A DNA stretch of 64,000 nucleotides from Actinomycetota bacterium (GCA_016213625.1 JACQZZ010000040.1:12778-76777), one strand, 5' to 3'; shown: positions 9,375-19,299, counted from the first letter of the stretch. The notes: a model not told the origin generated them from the letters alone. Numbers and translations are program-made.

Positions 9375-9388
9375 TCTGCGAGTGCGGG

Positions 9389-10369
9389 TCAGCGGTTCCA
9401 GGGGGCCGACGGCGACACCGAACCAGGGGCGGTGAGCACGTCGACGCCGTCGTCGGTGACGAGCAGCGTGTGCTCGAACTGTGCGGTGCGTTTGCCGTCG
9501 GCGGTGGCCGCGGTCCAGTCGTCGTCGAACACCATCTTGTGCTGCCACGTGCCGAGCGTGATCATCGGCTCGATGGTGAAGGTCATGCCGGGGCGCATGA
9601 TCATGCTGGCCCGCTCGTCGTAGTAGTGCAGCACCTGCACGTCGGTGTGGAACTGCTCGCCGATGCCGTGGCCGATGAAGGCCCGCACCACACCCAGCTT
9701 GTGCTGCTTGGCGTGCGACTCGATGGCACGGCCGATGTCGCTGAGCGGGCGACCGGGTTGCACGGCCTCGATGCCCTTCCAGAGGCATTCCTCGGTGACC
9801 TTCACCAGGTTGCGGCTGGCGGGGTCCACATTTCCGACGAAGAATGTGGCGTTGGTGTCGCCGTGCACGCCACCGACGTAGCAGGTGACGTCGAGGTTGA
9901 CGATGTCGCCATCCTGCAGCGCCCGGCTGTCGGGGATGCCGTGGCAGATGATCTCGTTGACGCTGGTGCACACGCTCTTCGGGTAGTGGTGGTAGTTCAG
10001 CGGGCTCGGGTAGGCGCCACGCTCGATGGTGGCCTCGTGCACGAACACGTCGATCTCGTCGGTGGTGATGCCGGGGCGGACGATCTCGCCGGCGAGGCGC
10101 AGGATCTCGGCCGCCATGGCGCCCGCGTGACGCATGGCCTGGATGATCTCGGGGCTCTTCACCCTGGGTTCGGCCCATCGCGGGGCCTCACCGGTGGCCG
10201 CGTACGGGGGCCGTTCGATGTGGTCGGGCACGCTGCGCATGGGGCTGATGACGCCCTGCAGCACGCGGCCCTCGAGGGGCTTGTGGCATCGCTTGTACTT
10301 GCGGCCACTGCCGCACCAGCAGGCCTCGTTGGCCTGGGGCAGCACGGCGGGGGGTTGGACGACCAGCAC
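9389..10369 (-). CDS. map: type I methionine aminopeptidase with N-terminal SEC-C zinc motif
   Basis: CWCGSGRKYKRCH (SEC-C). Metal ligands in GDIVNLDVT, HGIGEQFH, FTIEP and QFEHT. GTG 10369 chosen. Confidence 0.85.
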   Translation of the reverse strand: MLVVQPPAVLPQANEACWCGSGRKYKRCHKPLEGRVLQGVISPMRSVPDHIERPPYAATGEAPRWAEPRVKSPEIIQAMRHAGAMAAEILRLAGEIVRPGITTDEIDVFVHEATIERGAYPSPLNYHHYPKSVCTSVNEIICHGIPDSRALQDGDIVNLDVTCYVGGVHGDTNATFFVGNVDPASRNLVKVTEECLWKGIEAVQPGRPLSDIGRAIESHAKQHKLGVVRAFIGHGIGEQFHTDVQVLHYYDERASMIMRPGMTFTIEPMITLGTWQHKMVFDDDWTAATADGKRTAQFEHTLLVTDDGVDVLTAPGSVSPSAPWNR

Positions 10370-10465
10370 GTTCGAAATCCTAGTTGCCCTCCGGGAGTTT
10401 GTGACCTTGTGAGAATGTGACCAAGGTCCCTGACAGCACGACCTGGTGTGTGGGAGCCTCTGCGG

Positions 10466-11134
10466 ATGGATGAGTCCCCGAAACCCATCAACGTCTTCCT
10501 CCTCGACGACCACGAAATCGTGCGCCGTGGTGTGCGTGAGTTGATCGAAGCCGAACCCGGCCTGGCAGTGGTGGGCGAAGCCTCCACGGCCGCAGAGGCA
10601 ATTCAGCGCATCCCCGCGGTGCGGCCGGATGTGGCCGTGCTCGACGTGCGCCTGCCCGACGGCAGCGGTGTGGAGGTGTGCCGCGAGGTGCGCAGCCAGC
10701 TGCCCGGCCTCGCCTGCCTCATGCTCACCTCGTTCAGCGACGACGACGCCCTGTTCGAGGCCATCATGGCCGGTGCCTCTGGGTACGTGCTGAAGCAGAT
10801 CCGCGGCAACGACCTGGTGGCCGCCATCCGCCGCGTGGCCCGCGGCGAGTCGCTGCTCGACCCCACCGTCACCAGCAAGGTGCTGCACCGCCTCCGCCAC
10901 CCCTCCGAAGAGGACGAGCGCCTGGCCAAGCTCACCCCGCAGGAGCGCAAGATCCTCGATCTCATCGCCGAAGGCGCCACCAACCGCCAGATCGGCACCG
11001 AGCTCCACCTGGCCGAGAAGACAGTGAAGAACTACGTGTCCAACATGTTGATGAAGCTGGGCATGAGCCGCCGCACCGAAGCGGCCGTCTTCGCGGTGAA
11101 GGCCGGTGCCGGTCGCCCGAGTACCCAGATCTGA
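10466..11134 (+). CDS. NarL/LuxR-family response regulator
   Basis: Receiver domain (FLLDDHEIV, VAVLDVRLPDGSG) and LuxR HTH (LTPQERKILDLIAEGATNRQIG...KTVKNYVSNM). Confidence 0.9.
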   Translation: MDESPKPINVFLLDDHEIVRRGVRELIEAEPGLAVVGEASTAAEAIQRIPAVRPDVAVLDVRLPDGSGVEVCREVRSQLPGLACLMLTSFSDDDALFEAIMAGASGYVLKQIRGNDLVAAIRRVARGESLLDPTVTSKVLHRLRHPSEEDERLAKLTPQERKILDLIAEGATNRQIGTELHLAEKTVKNYVSNMLMKLGMSRRTEAAVFAVKAGAGRPSTQI

Positions 11135-11154
11135 CGGCCCGCGGCCGGTGTCGG

Positions 11155-12156
11155 TCAGTCCAGGACCGGGATCTGCCAGCGGACGATGGTGCCGGTGTTC
11201 TCGCCGGAGGTGACCGAGCAGCTGCCGCCCATGCGTTCGGCGCGGTCGTGCATGTTCAGCAGTCCACTGCCCAGGCGGTGACTGCCGGGGATTCCTTCGC
11301 CGTCGTCGCTGACCATCAGCGACAGCTCCTGCTCGGCGTGGCGCAGGGTGACCTCCACCTTGCGCGCACGGGCGTGGCGGGCGACGTTGCTGAGCGCCTC
11401 GCGCACCACGGCGGCCACTTCGGCGGTGGTGGGTTCGTCGATGGTGTCGAGCACGCCCGAGAAGTGCAGGGTGGGCCGGAAGCCCAGCACCCGGGCCGAC
11501 TCGTCGACCAGATCGTTCACCACCACGCGCACCGTGCGGCCGGCACTGCGCTTGCTGGCCAGACCGAAGATGGCGGTGCGCAGTTCGCGGATGGCGTCGT
11601 CCTGGTCGTCGAGGATGCGCTCGATCTTCACCTTCGCCGTCTCGGGCACGGTGGGCAGCACGCTCTGCAGTGACAGCCCCGAGGCGAACAGGCGCTGGAT
11701 GACCGTGTCGTGCAGGTCTCGGGCGATGCGCTCGTGGTCTTCCGCCAGCAGCACACGCTGGCGGGCGGCGGCGAGGTCTTCGTCGGCCTGGCGGTTGGCG
11801 GTGACATCGCGCACGGTGGCGATGACCACGGGTGCACCGTCGACCTGCGCGGGTGCCAGCGAGATCTCCACCGGGAACACGCTGCCGTCCTTGCGTTGGG
11901 CGCTCAGGTCGAGCCCAGCGCCCATGGCTCGGCGGTGCGGGTTGCCGCTGAACCCCTCGCGGTGGGCGACATGGGCGTCGTGGATCTCGATGGGAAGGAG
12001 CATCTCGACGGTGTGGCCGAGCATCTCTTCACGGCCGTAGCCGAGCAGGCGTTCCATCTCGCGATTGACGAGCACCATCTCGCCGGCGGCGTCGACGATG
12101 ACCACGCCGTCGGGCATGGCGTCGACCACTTCGACCAGCCAGTGTTCTTCGTTCAT
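11155..12156 (-). CDS. soluble PAS-domain sensor histidine kinase (HisKA_3 type)
   Basis: PAS (MPDGVVIVDAAGEMVLVNREMERLLGY), H-box HERIARDLHDTVIQ, ATPase boxes DDGEGIP and GSGLLNM. No TM segment. Confidence 0.85.
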   Translation of the reverse strand: MNEEHWLVEVVDAMPDGVVIVDAAGEMVLVNREMERLLGYGREEMLGHTVEMLLPIEIHDAHVAHREGFSGNPHRRAMGAGLDLSAQRKDGSVFPVEISLAPAQVDGAPVVIATVRDVTANRQADEDLAAARQRVLLAEDHERIARDLHDTVIQRLFASGLSLQSVLPTVPETAKVKIERILDDQDDAIRELRTAIFGLASKRSAGRTVRVVVNDLVDESARVLGFRPTLHFSGVLDTIDEPTTAEVAAVVREALSNVARHARARKVEVTLRHAEQELSLMVSDDGEGIPGSHRLGSGLLNMHDRAERMGGSCSVTSGENTGTIVRWQIPVLD

Positions 12157-12235
12157 GCGAGCGCCACCGTTCCCATCCTCACACGCCGCCGGAATGATTG
12201 CTGAAGTTCTCGGGGGACAGTAGTGGCACGGGGCG

Positions 12236-13582
12236 TCACAGTGAGAGGTCGTGACAGATGCCGATCCAGTAGTCGGTGGAGAGCCCGAGGCTCTCGATGT
12301 CGATGCGTTCGTCGTGTCCATGGAAGCGACTGGCGAACTGCTCGAAGCTCACACCCGGCGCGAACAGGCCTGTTCCATACGCCACCGTGCCCTTCTCGCG
12401 GAAGAACCGGCTGTCGGTGGCGCCCACGATGAGCTCGGGCAGCAGGTCGGCCTCGGGGTAGACCACCTGCGTTCGTCGCTGGAGGATGCCCCACAGTTCG
12501 TTGTTCATCGGAGAGATGGACGAGTTGTCGTTGAACAGCGCCGACATCTCCACGTCATCGGCCAGGTCGCCCAGCGCCTCGCGCAGGTAGGCGGCCACCC
12601 GGTCGCTGTCGTCGCCCGGCAGGGTGCGGATGTCGACGTCGATGGACACCTCGTCGGGGATGACGTTGGTCTTGATGCCGCCGTGCACCACGTTGGGCGA
12701 GATGGTGGTGTGGGTGCAGGCGTGCAACAGCCGGGCCGTGGGCACCGGCAGCATCGCCAGCGTGGCCTCCAGCCGAGCCGGGTCGAGCAGCCCGGCCTTC
12801 ACGTCGGGCGCGAGATCGGTGGCCATCACGCGGGCGGCCCACATCTCGTCGAGCTTCGCCGCGGGGCGATAGTCACCCAGTCGCTTCACCACGTCGGCGG
12901 CCTTCAGCACCGCGTTGTCGGCGCCGTACGGCATGGAGCCATGGCCCGGTGTGCCCTTCACCGTGAGGCGCCGCCAGGCGATGCCCTTCTCGCCCACGCT
13001 GATGCCCACCTTGCGACCGTCGCTGTGCGACCAGCCGCCCATCTCGGTGAGCACGTAGTCGCAGGCGATGGCGTCCCAGTGGTGGTCGGCCATCCACTTC
13101 GCGCCCCACACGCCGCCGGCTTCCTCGTCGGCCACCCCGAAGTAGATGATGTCACCCTTCGGCTGGAAGCCGGTGCGGGCGAGCTCCTTGAACGCCACCG
13201 CCATCGAGGCGGTGATGTTCAACATGTCGATCGCGCCGCGACCCCAGATCTCGCCGTCGACCACGTCGCCGCAGAACGGGTCTCGGCTCCAGCCGGATCG
13301 GCTGACGGGCACCACGTCGGTGTGGCCCATCAGGCACAGCTTCGGTGCAGAGGGGTCGCTGCCCTCGATGCGGGCGACGATGCTGGTGCGGTCGGACCGC
13401 GGGGTGAACTGCTCGACGTCGAGTCCAGCGCCCTCCAGATAGGCCTGCAGCGTGTCGGCGTTGCGCCGCTCGCCACCGGAATCGGGCGTGCCGTCGTTCA
13501 CGCATGCGTTCTGGATGAGCGTGCTCAGCAGCTCGGTGGTCTCGCCCGTGTGGGCCAGTCGTTCAGTCCGTCGTTCGCTCAT
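12236..13582 (-). CDS. M20-family metallopeptidase/deacylase
   Basis: LMGHTDVVP, GRGAIDM and GVADEEAGG metal-site motifs. Confidence 0.85.
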   Translation of the reverse strand: MSERRTERLAHTGETTELLSTLIQNACVNDGTPDSGGERRNADTLQAYLEGAGLDVEQFTPRSDRTSIVARIEGSDPSAPKLCLMGHTDVVPVSRSGWSRDPFCGDVVDGEIWGRGAIDMLNITASMAVAFKELARTGFQPKGDIIYFGVADEEAGGVWGAKWMADHHWDAIACDYVLTEMGGWSHSDGRKVGISVGEKGIAWRRLTVKGTPGHGSMPYGADNAVLKAADVVKRLGDYRPAAKLDEMWAARVMATDLAPDVKAGLLDPARLEATLAMLPVPTARLLHACTHTTISPNVVHGGIKTNVIPDEVSIDVDIRTLPGDDSDRVAAYLREALGDLADDVEMSALFNDNSSISPMNNELWGILQRRTQVVYPEADLLPELIVGATDSRFFREKGTVAYGTGLFAPGVSFEQFASRFHGHDERIDIESLGLSTDYWIGICHDLSL

Positions 13583-13589
13583 GTGATCC

Positions 13590-14012
13590 TCAGAGCATCT
13601 TGCCGAAGTCGAAGGTGCGCCAGTGCTCGGGGCGCAGTACGGCGACCACGGAGTCGTCGGTGAGGGGGTTGTTCTCGGCGTACCACGCGCCCAGCTCGGG
13701 GCCCAGGTAGCGCACCGCCATCTCCAGGTTGTCGGGGGTGTGCGGCACCAGCTCCACGGGGCCCTCCACCGACACGTACTTGTACGGCGGGGCCTCGTCC
13801 TGCACCGTCATGGTGGCCCGGCCAGCGGCGCGCAGCAGGCGGGCCTTCAGCGAGGAGCCGTCCATGCTGATGTGGACCGCGCCGTCGCTGACGAGGTACC
13901 AGATGGGCATCGCCAACGGGCCACGTCCGGGCTCGTCGATGGCGAGGATGCCGATGTGCACTCCTGCGAGGAACGCCTCGCGCTCGGCTGGGGTCATTGC
14001 TCCGGTGGTCAT
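13590..14012 (-). CDS. PPOX-class (probably F420-dependent) oxidoreductase family protein
   Basis: ATG 14012 within ORF 13590..14117. About 140 aa. REAFLAGVHIGILAI...PLAMPIWY pattern. Confidence 0.65.
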   Translation of the reverse strand: MTTGAMTPAEREAFLAGVHIGILAIDEPGRGPLAMPIWYLVSDGAVHISMDGSSLKARLLRAAGRATMTVQDEAPPYKYVSVEGPVELVPHTPDNLEMAVRYLGPELGAWYAENNPLTDDSVVAVLRPEHWRTFDFGKML

Positions 14013-14031
14013 GACCCCGATGGTACGACGC

Positions 14032-15477
14032 TCAGGCCTCGCCGATGGCCAGGTGCCCGATGGTGCGCTCGTATGCGTGTGCCAGTGCCAGCACCTCGAC
14101 ATCTGCTCGCGGTGCACCGATGAGCTGCATGCCCATCGGCAGCCCGCGCTCGTCGAAACCCACCGGCACGCTGATGGACGGCAGCCCGGCGAAGGTGGCG
14201 TAGAGGGTGACCTCCATCCAACGGTGGTACGTGTCCATCTCGCGGGTGCCGATGTGGGTGGGCCAGCGCTCCTCCACGGGGAACGGCCACACCTGCGCAG
14301 TGGGCAGCACCAGCGCGTCGAAGTGCAGGAAGAGACCCGCCATCGCCTCGTGGTAGCGGGTGCGGATGGTGGCCGCCCGGTTCACCCGCTCGAGCGTGAG
14401 CGCGTGTCCCTGGTCGATCTCCCACAGGATCTCGGGCTTCACCAGGTGTCGGTTGCCGTCGTTCACCGATGCGCCGATGCCCGACACCACCACCATGTGC
14501 CGCCACGTGAGCCACGCGTCCCACAGGTCGTCGAGCGGGAAGTCGACACCGACGGCTTCGACGGTGCAGCCCAACTCGGCCAACCGAGCGAGCCCGTCCA
14601 CGCACACTGCTTCGATGCCGGGCTCGAGCGCCAGATGGCCACCCAGGTCACCCAGCCACCCCACCCGCGTGCCCTCCGGGTCCACGTCGAGCGTGCGCCT
14701 CGCGGTGTCGATGTCGGCGAACTCGGTGAGCCGCCCGTCGAGCGACAGTGGCACCCTCGGGTCGTGGCCCGCCTGCGTGCCCAGCAGCATCGCCACATCG
14801 ATCACGCTGCGCCCCATCGGCCCTTCGGTGCCCATCTGCGACAGGTACTGATCCGTCGACGGCCAGGCGGGCACCCGGCCCTGGCTGGGCCGGAACCCGA
14901 ACACGTTGTTCCACGCGGCCGGGTTGCGCAGCGAGCCCATGTAGTCGCTGCCGTCGGCCACCGGGAGCATGCGCGTGGCCAGCGCCACCGCGGCACCACC
15001 GCTGCTGCCGCCCGCGGTGCGGCCGAGGTCGTACGGGTTGCGCGTCGGCCCGAACACCTCGTTGAACGTGTGCGACCCCTTGCCGAACTCGGGCACGTTC
15101 GTCTTGCCCACGATCAGGCACCCCGCACGGCGCATGCGCGCCACCATCAGGTCGTCGCGTTCGGGCACGTGGTCGGCGAACAGCGGCGACCCCATCGTGG
15201 TGCGCAACCCGCGTGTCCCCGCCAGGTCCTTGATGGCCTGCGGCATGCCGTGCATCCAGCCGCGTGAGAGATCGGCGGCGATCTCCTCGTCGCACTCGGC
15301 GGCCTCGGTCATCAACTCGTCGCGGTCACGAAGGCTGACGATGGCATTCACCGAGGGGTTGCGCAGCTCGATGCGATCGAGGAACGCGGCCATCACCTCG
15401 AGGCACGACACCTCACGGGAATGGATGGCCAGAGAGAGATCGGCGGCGCCGAGTGCAGTGGGATCCACGCCCAGCAC
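14032..15477 (-). CDS. amidase-signature family amidase
   Basis: GGSSGGAAVALA signature, upstream AIKDL lysine, GKTNVPEFG. Confidence 0.9.
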   Translation of the reverse strand: MLGVDPTALGAADLSLAIHSREVSCLEVMAAFLDRIELRNPSVNAIVSLRDRDELMTEAAECDEEIAADLSRGWMHGMPQAIKDLAGTRGLRTTMGSPLFADHVPERDDLMVARMRRAGCLIVGKTNVPEFGKGSHTFNEVFGPTRNPYDLGRTAGGSSGGAAVALATRMLPVADGSDYMGSLRNPAAWNNVFGFRPSQGRVPAWPSTDQYLSQMGTEGPMGRSVIDVAMLLGTQAGHDPRVPLSLDGRLTEFADIDTARRTLDVDPEGTRVGWLGDLGGHLALEPGIEAVCVDGLARLAELGCTVEAVGVDFPLDDLWDAWLTWRHMVVVSGIGASVNDGNRHLVKPEILWEIDQGHALTLERVNRAATIRTRYHEAMAGLFLHFDALVLPTAQVWPFPVEERWPTHIGTREMDTYHRWMEVTLYATFAGLPSISVPVGFDERGLPMGMQLIGAPRADVEVLALAHAYERTIGHLAIGEA

Positions 15478-15486
15478 TGTGCCACG

Positions 15487-17133
15487 TCACTGGGCGCAGG
15501 CGCGCAGCGCGTCGTTCCGCGCTGCATCGACCGCAGCGAGCTCACCCGCCGACAGGTCCTGCTTCACCAGCAGCGGTGCGATGTTCGGGTTGTCGATCAG
15601 CGAGCGCGCCGTGCACAGGAACGGCTTCACGTCGCGAACACCGTTCACCTCGGCACCCACGGGCACGGTGCTGTTCTCGATGATGACGGCCTGACTCGGG
15701 CTGATGACCGGCACGGGAGGTGCCGGCGCCGCGCCACCGCGCACGCACGACTCGAAGCTCACCTGGTTGTCGGTGATCGTGGGAACGCTGCCCGAGCCCG
15801 ACGCGCCGGCCCACCACAGCAGGGCGTCGGCGAACGGTTGCGGGCTGCCGTCGAACTGCACCACCGCGGTCATGCACAACGGACCGGTCTTGGTGTGGCG
15901 ATAGGTGGTGAACGCGGCTCCGGCCAGCGTGTCGAGCGAGCCGCGGGCCATCGTCCACGGCAGCCACGCGTCGAGCATCACCAGCAACTCGATGGTCGTC
16001 AGCGGCTGCGACTTCTGGTCGACCAACGCGCGCGTCGGCGGTGTGGCAACAACCTCGGCGTCGGCGTCGTGGGTGAGTCCCTTCCAGGGGGTGAGCAGCA
16101 TTCGCTCGGTGGGCGGGTCCTCGAACAATGCGTTGACGCCGTCGTTGCCCTCGCGCAGGTAGATGCTCTGCAGGAACGCCGGCCCCAACTGGTACGGCGC
16201 GTAGCCCAGTTCCACCACTGGCCATGGCACGGTGGCGAGCACGGCTGCTGCTTCGGGCGTGAGGCTGTTGCCGGCGTTGGCGAGCGCCTGGTCCTCGGGG
16301 GTGAGGGTGGCGAGGTACGCGTGCTCCACGCGCATCGCGTCGGCCTCGGCGATGCTGCGGCGGGCCATGTCGTCGGTCCCGCCGAGCCGGAGGTCGAAGT
16401 GTTGCGCCTGCAGCGCGTGCGTCAGCTCATGCGCGACCACCACGCGAACGGGCGCGGTCAGTTCGGTGCCGCGCACGGTGATGCGGTCGGTCGACGGCGA
16501 GTAGAAGCCGAGCGTGCTCGACGACGCCATCGTCGTGTCGCCCGCCAGCGCGTCGTAGCCCGACGCCAGCCCGAACATGTCGAGCACATCGCTGCGGTAC
16601 TTCGCTGCGGCGCGCGTCTCGTCGTCGATCGGGCCCTGCGGACCAGTGGCCAGCTGATACTCGGCCTCCGGAAGGAAATCGACGAAGATCGGGTGCTCGA
16701 AGTTCAACCCTCGTTCGGTCTCCACGAACGTCACGAGCGACAGCAGCCGGGGATCCCACTCGCCGGGGTGGGGCGGCGGATCCACCTTGAAGTGCTGATA
16801 CGCGAACACACCACCGGCGGCGATGGCCATCACCACGACCATCGTGGTCACCCGTCGGAGCACGCGGTAGGTGCGGGTCGCCTTGCGTCGCCGGACCGGT
16901 GTGTAGGTGGTGACGCCGCTGCGCGGCACCCCACCGTGCGGCCGCGGGGGCAACTCGCTCACCGCTTCGTTGAGCGAGGCGAACAAGGTGCCCGGCGGCG
17001 CGGTGGCCACGGTCTGGCGCTTCGGCGGCGGTGGCAGCCGCGGCACGAAGGCAATGCTCGGCGGCAACATGGCAATGCTCGGCGGTGGGAGGTCGACGCG
17101 CGGCGAACGAGGCGGTGCCTCGAACGTGTTCAC
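15487..17133 (-). CDS. membrane-anchored putative zinc metallopeptidase (HExxH)
   Basis: Pro-rich N-terminus with PPSIA repeats, one TM (TTMVVVMAIAAGGVFAY), and a large outer domain with VVAHELTHALQ. Confidence 0.6.
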   Translation of the reverse strand: MNTFEAPPRSPRVDLPPPSIAMLPPSIAFVPRLPPPPKRQTVATAPPGTLFASLNEAVSELPPRPHGGVPRSGVTTYTPVRRRKATRTYRVLRRVTTMVVVMAIAAGGVFAYQHFKVDPPPHPGEWDPRLLSLVTFVETERGLNFEHPIFVDFLPEAEYQLATGPQGPIDDETRAAAKYRSDVLDMFGLASGYDALAGDTTMASSSTLGFYSPSTDRITVRGTELTAPVRVVVAHELTHALQAQHFDLRLGGTDDMARRSIAEADAMRVEHAYLATLTPEDQALANAGNSLTPEAAAVLATVPWPVVELGYAPYQLGPAFLQSIYLREGNDGVNALFEDPPTERMLLTPWKGLTHDADAEVVATPPTRALVDQKSQPLTTIELLVMLDAWLPWTMARGSLDTLAGAAFTTYRHTKTGPLCMTAVVQFDGSPQPFADALLWWAGASGSGSVPTITDNQVSFESCVRGGAAPAPPVPVISPSQAVIIENSTVPVGAEVNGVRDVKPFLCTARSLIDNPNIAPLLVKQDLSAGELAAVDAARNDALRACAQ

Positions 17134-17214
17134 GTGTCGGATCCCGGTGATCGCATGTAGCAGGTATCGGCACCGTCAGCAGGTGCCTTGACCGAAACGT
17201 GATGATTGCGACAG

Positions 17215-18447
17215 TCAGTCCGGGAAGGTCACTCGGATTCGTTCGTACCGATCCATCCGTCGGGGGTCGTGGCGGATGTCGTGGTCGTCGAGCACCAGCG
17301 GCCGGGGCAACGCTGCGAGACGGGAGATGGCCTGTTCGGCCTGCATCCGGGCCAGGGGAGCGCCGATGCAGTAGTGGATGCCCTGCCCGAATCCGAGCGA
17401 CACCAGTTCCTGACGAGTGATGTCGAACCGTTCCGGGCGGTCCCAGCGTGCGGGGTCGCGGTTGGCCGCGCCGAGGGCCACGCGCACCGTGCTGCCGGCG
17501 GGGATGACCTGACCACGCAGCTCGATGTCGTCGAGCGCCAGCCGGGGCGTGGTGGTCTGCTGATTGGGGTGGTGGTAGCGCAGGATCTCGGTGACCGCAC
17601 CGTTCACCAGCTGCGGCTGCGCCCGCACCTGCGCCCACTGCTCGGGATGGCGCAGCAACAGCAACATCCCGCTGGAGATCATCCGCTCGGTGGTGGTGCC
17701 TGCGGCGGTGTACAGGGTGAGCAGTGCGGCGAGGATCTCGTCGTGGGTGAGCACCTCACCGTCGGCCTCCGCCTGCACCAGTGCCGTCACCAGGTCGTCG
17801 CGCGGGTCACTGCGGCGTGCCTCCACGACCGACGCGATGAAGTCGAGCTGCCACACCAACGCGGCCTTCGCCGCGTCGCGTTGGGCATCCGTGGCGGTCG
17901 GGTCGCCGAGTCGTTCGGTGTCCTCGAACGAGGCACGGAACTCGGCACGGGCGTCGGCAGGGATGCCGATCATCTCGCTCGCGACCGTGATGGTGAGCGG
18001 GAAGGCGAGCTCGGTCACCAGGTCGAGCTCGCCGGCGCGAAGGCCCGCAGCAAGGTACGCGTCGACCAACTCGAGCACTCGACCGCGCTGCTCGTCGACC
18101 GCAGCGCGGGTGAAGGCCTGCTGCACGAGTTGGCGGATCCGAGTGTGGCTGGGCGGGTCCTTCATGTTGAACGAATGGAGCACCACCCGCTGGGCGCGCA
18201 CGAAGGGATCATCGAGGTCGGGTGCTTCCCGGTGGCGTGCACTCACACCGGGAAGCGAACCCTTCTTCGTCCATTCGCTCGACAATCGCGGGTCGCGCAG
18301 CGCTGCGGTGATGTCGTCGTAGCGCGTGAGCAACCAGTATCCGTACGGGCTGCGGTGCACCGGGTCGTGCTCGCGCAACCACCCGAGGGTGGGAGCGGGA
18401 TCTTCGAGGAACTCGCTCGAATGCAGATCGAGCGGGAGTTGGCTCAC
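17215..18447 (-). CDS. cytochrome P450
   Basis: Heme loop FGQGIHYCIGAPLA and ExxR (EILR). GTG start overlaps the upstream stop. Confidence 0.9.
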   Translation of the reverse strand: MSQLPLDLHSSEFLEDPAPTLGWLREHDPVHRSPYGYWLLTRYDDITAALRDPRLSSEWTKKGSLPGVSARHREAPDLDDPFVRAQRVVLHSFNMKDPPSHTRIRQLVQQAFTRAAVDEQRGRVLELVDAYLAAGLRAGELDLVTELAFPLTITVASEMIGIPADARAEFRASFEDTERLGDPTATDAQRDAAKAALVWQLDFIASVVEARRSDPRDDLVTALVQAEADGEVLTHDEILAALLTLYTAAGTTTERMISSGMLLLLRHPEQWAQVRAQPQLVNGAVTEILRYHHPNQQTTTPRLALDDIELRGQVIPAGSTVRVALGAANRDPARWDRPERFDITRQELVSLGFGQGIHYCIGAPLARMQAEQAISRLAALPRPLVLDDHDIRHDPRRMDRYERIRVTFPD

Positions 18448-18833
18448 AGACCGAGCAGCTTGGCCTTCGCCGCGGCGAACTCGTCGTCGCTGAGGATGCC
18501 CTGTGCCTTCAGCTCGGCGAGCTTCTGCAACTGGGCGATGGTGTCGTCACCGGCCGGCGCAGCCGCGGGGGCAGCGGGCGGGGGCGGCGGGGGTGCGGCC
18601 TGCTGCTGTGCGGCCATCTGGGCCTGCACCTGCGCAGCGACCTGGGCATCGATGGCTGCCTGCTGCTGCTGCTGTTCGTAGGCCTGGGCCTCGGCAGCGA
18701 CCTGGGCCTTCTCGGCCTGGCTGCTGGCGACCTTGCCCGCCACGGCGGTGGCGGTGCCGGCGACGACGGCCGTGCGGGCCATGGTGCCGATGAGCGATGG
18801 GCGACCGACTCGTCCGATTCCTCGACGCATCAT
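18444..18833 (-). CDS. SHOCT-domain protein with Gln/Ala/Pro-rich linker
   Basis: C-terminal LAELKAQGILSDDEFAAAKAKLLGL is a SHOCT pattern. Low-complexity QQQQQAA...PPPPPP in the middle. Confidence 0.7.
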   Translation of the reverse strand: MMRRGIGRVGRPSLIGTMARTAVVAGTATAVAGKVASSQAEKAQVAAEAQAYEQQQQQAAIDAQVAAQVQAQMAAQQQAAPPPPPPAAPAAAPAGDDTIAQLQKLAELKAQGILSDDEFAAAKAKLLGL

Positions 18834-18879
18834 GATGGTGTCCTCCTGGATGAGATGTGGTGAAAGGGGTGAGTGGGGT

Positions 18880-19299
18880 TCAGCTGTTCATGGAGTCGAC
18901 GGCGGCCTGCACCAGTTCGTGCGGCAGGCGGGCGCCATCGACGATCTGGCCACCCGCGTTGCGCACGGCGACGGCGAAGGGGGTGGCCCACACGTCTTCC
19001 CACACCAGCAGCACGGCGGTGCTGTTCAGCGCGAGGCCCTCGGCGGCAAGGACGACGTCCTCCTCGTTCAACAGGCCCGCTTCGCCGTCGAGCGCGGCGA
19101 AGCCGAAGCCGTCGCCTTCTTCGCCGGCGTCGTATTCGTCCCACACCACGTTGCCGTCGGTGTCCTTGCTGATGAACACGGCATCGATGAGACGGATGGT
19201 GCCCGAATCGATGAGGTCGGCCAGCGCAGGGACGATTTCGCCCTTGAACTGATTCCCGGGGAACTCGACGATGAGATATTCGACCGGTCCAATGGCCAT
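18880..19299 (-). CDS. small conserved hypothetical protein (possibly DUF6325-like)
   Basis: ATG 19299 within ORF 18880..19497. MAIGPVEYLIVEFPGNQFKGEIVPAL. Family name recalled from memory, not verified. Confidence 0.5.
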   Translation of the reverse strand: MAIGPVEYLIVEFPGNQFKGEIVPALADLIDSGTIRLIDAVFISKDTDGNVVWDEYDAGEEGDGFGFAALDGEAGLLNEEDVVLAAEGLALNSTAVLLVWEDVWATPFAVAVRNAGGQIVDGARLPHELVQAAVDSMNS

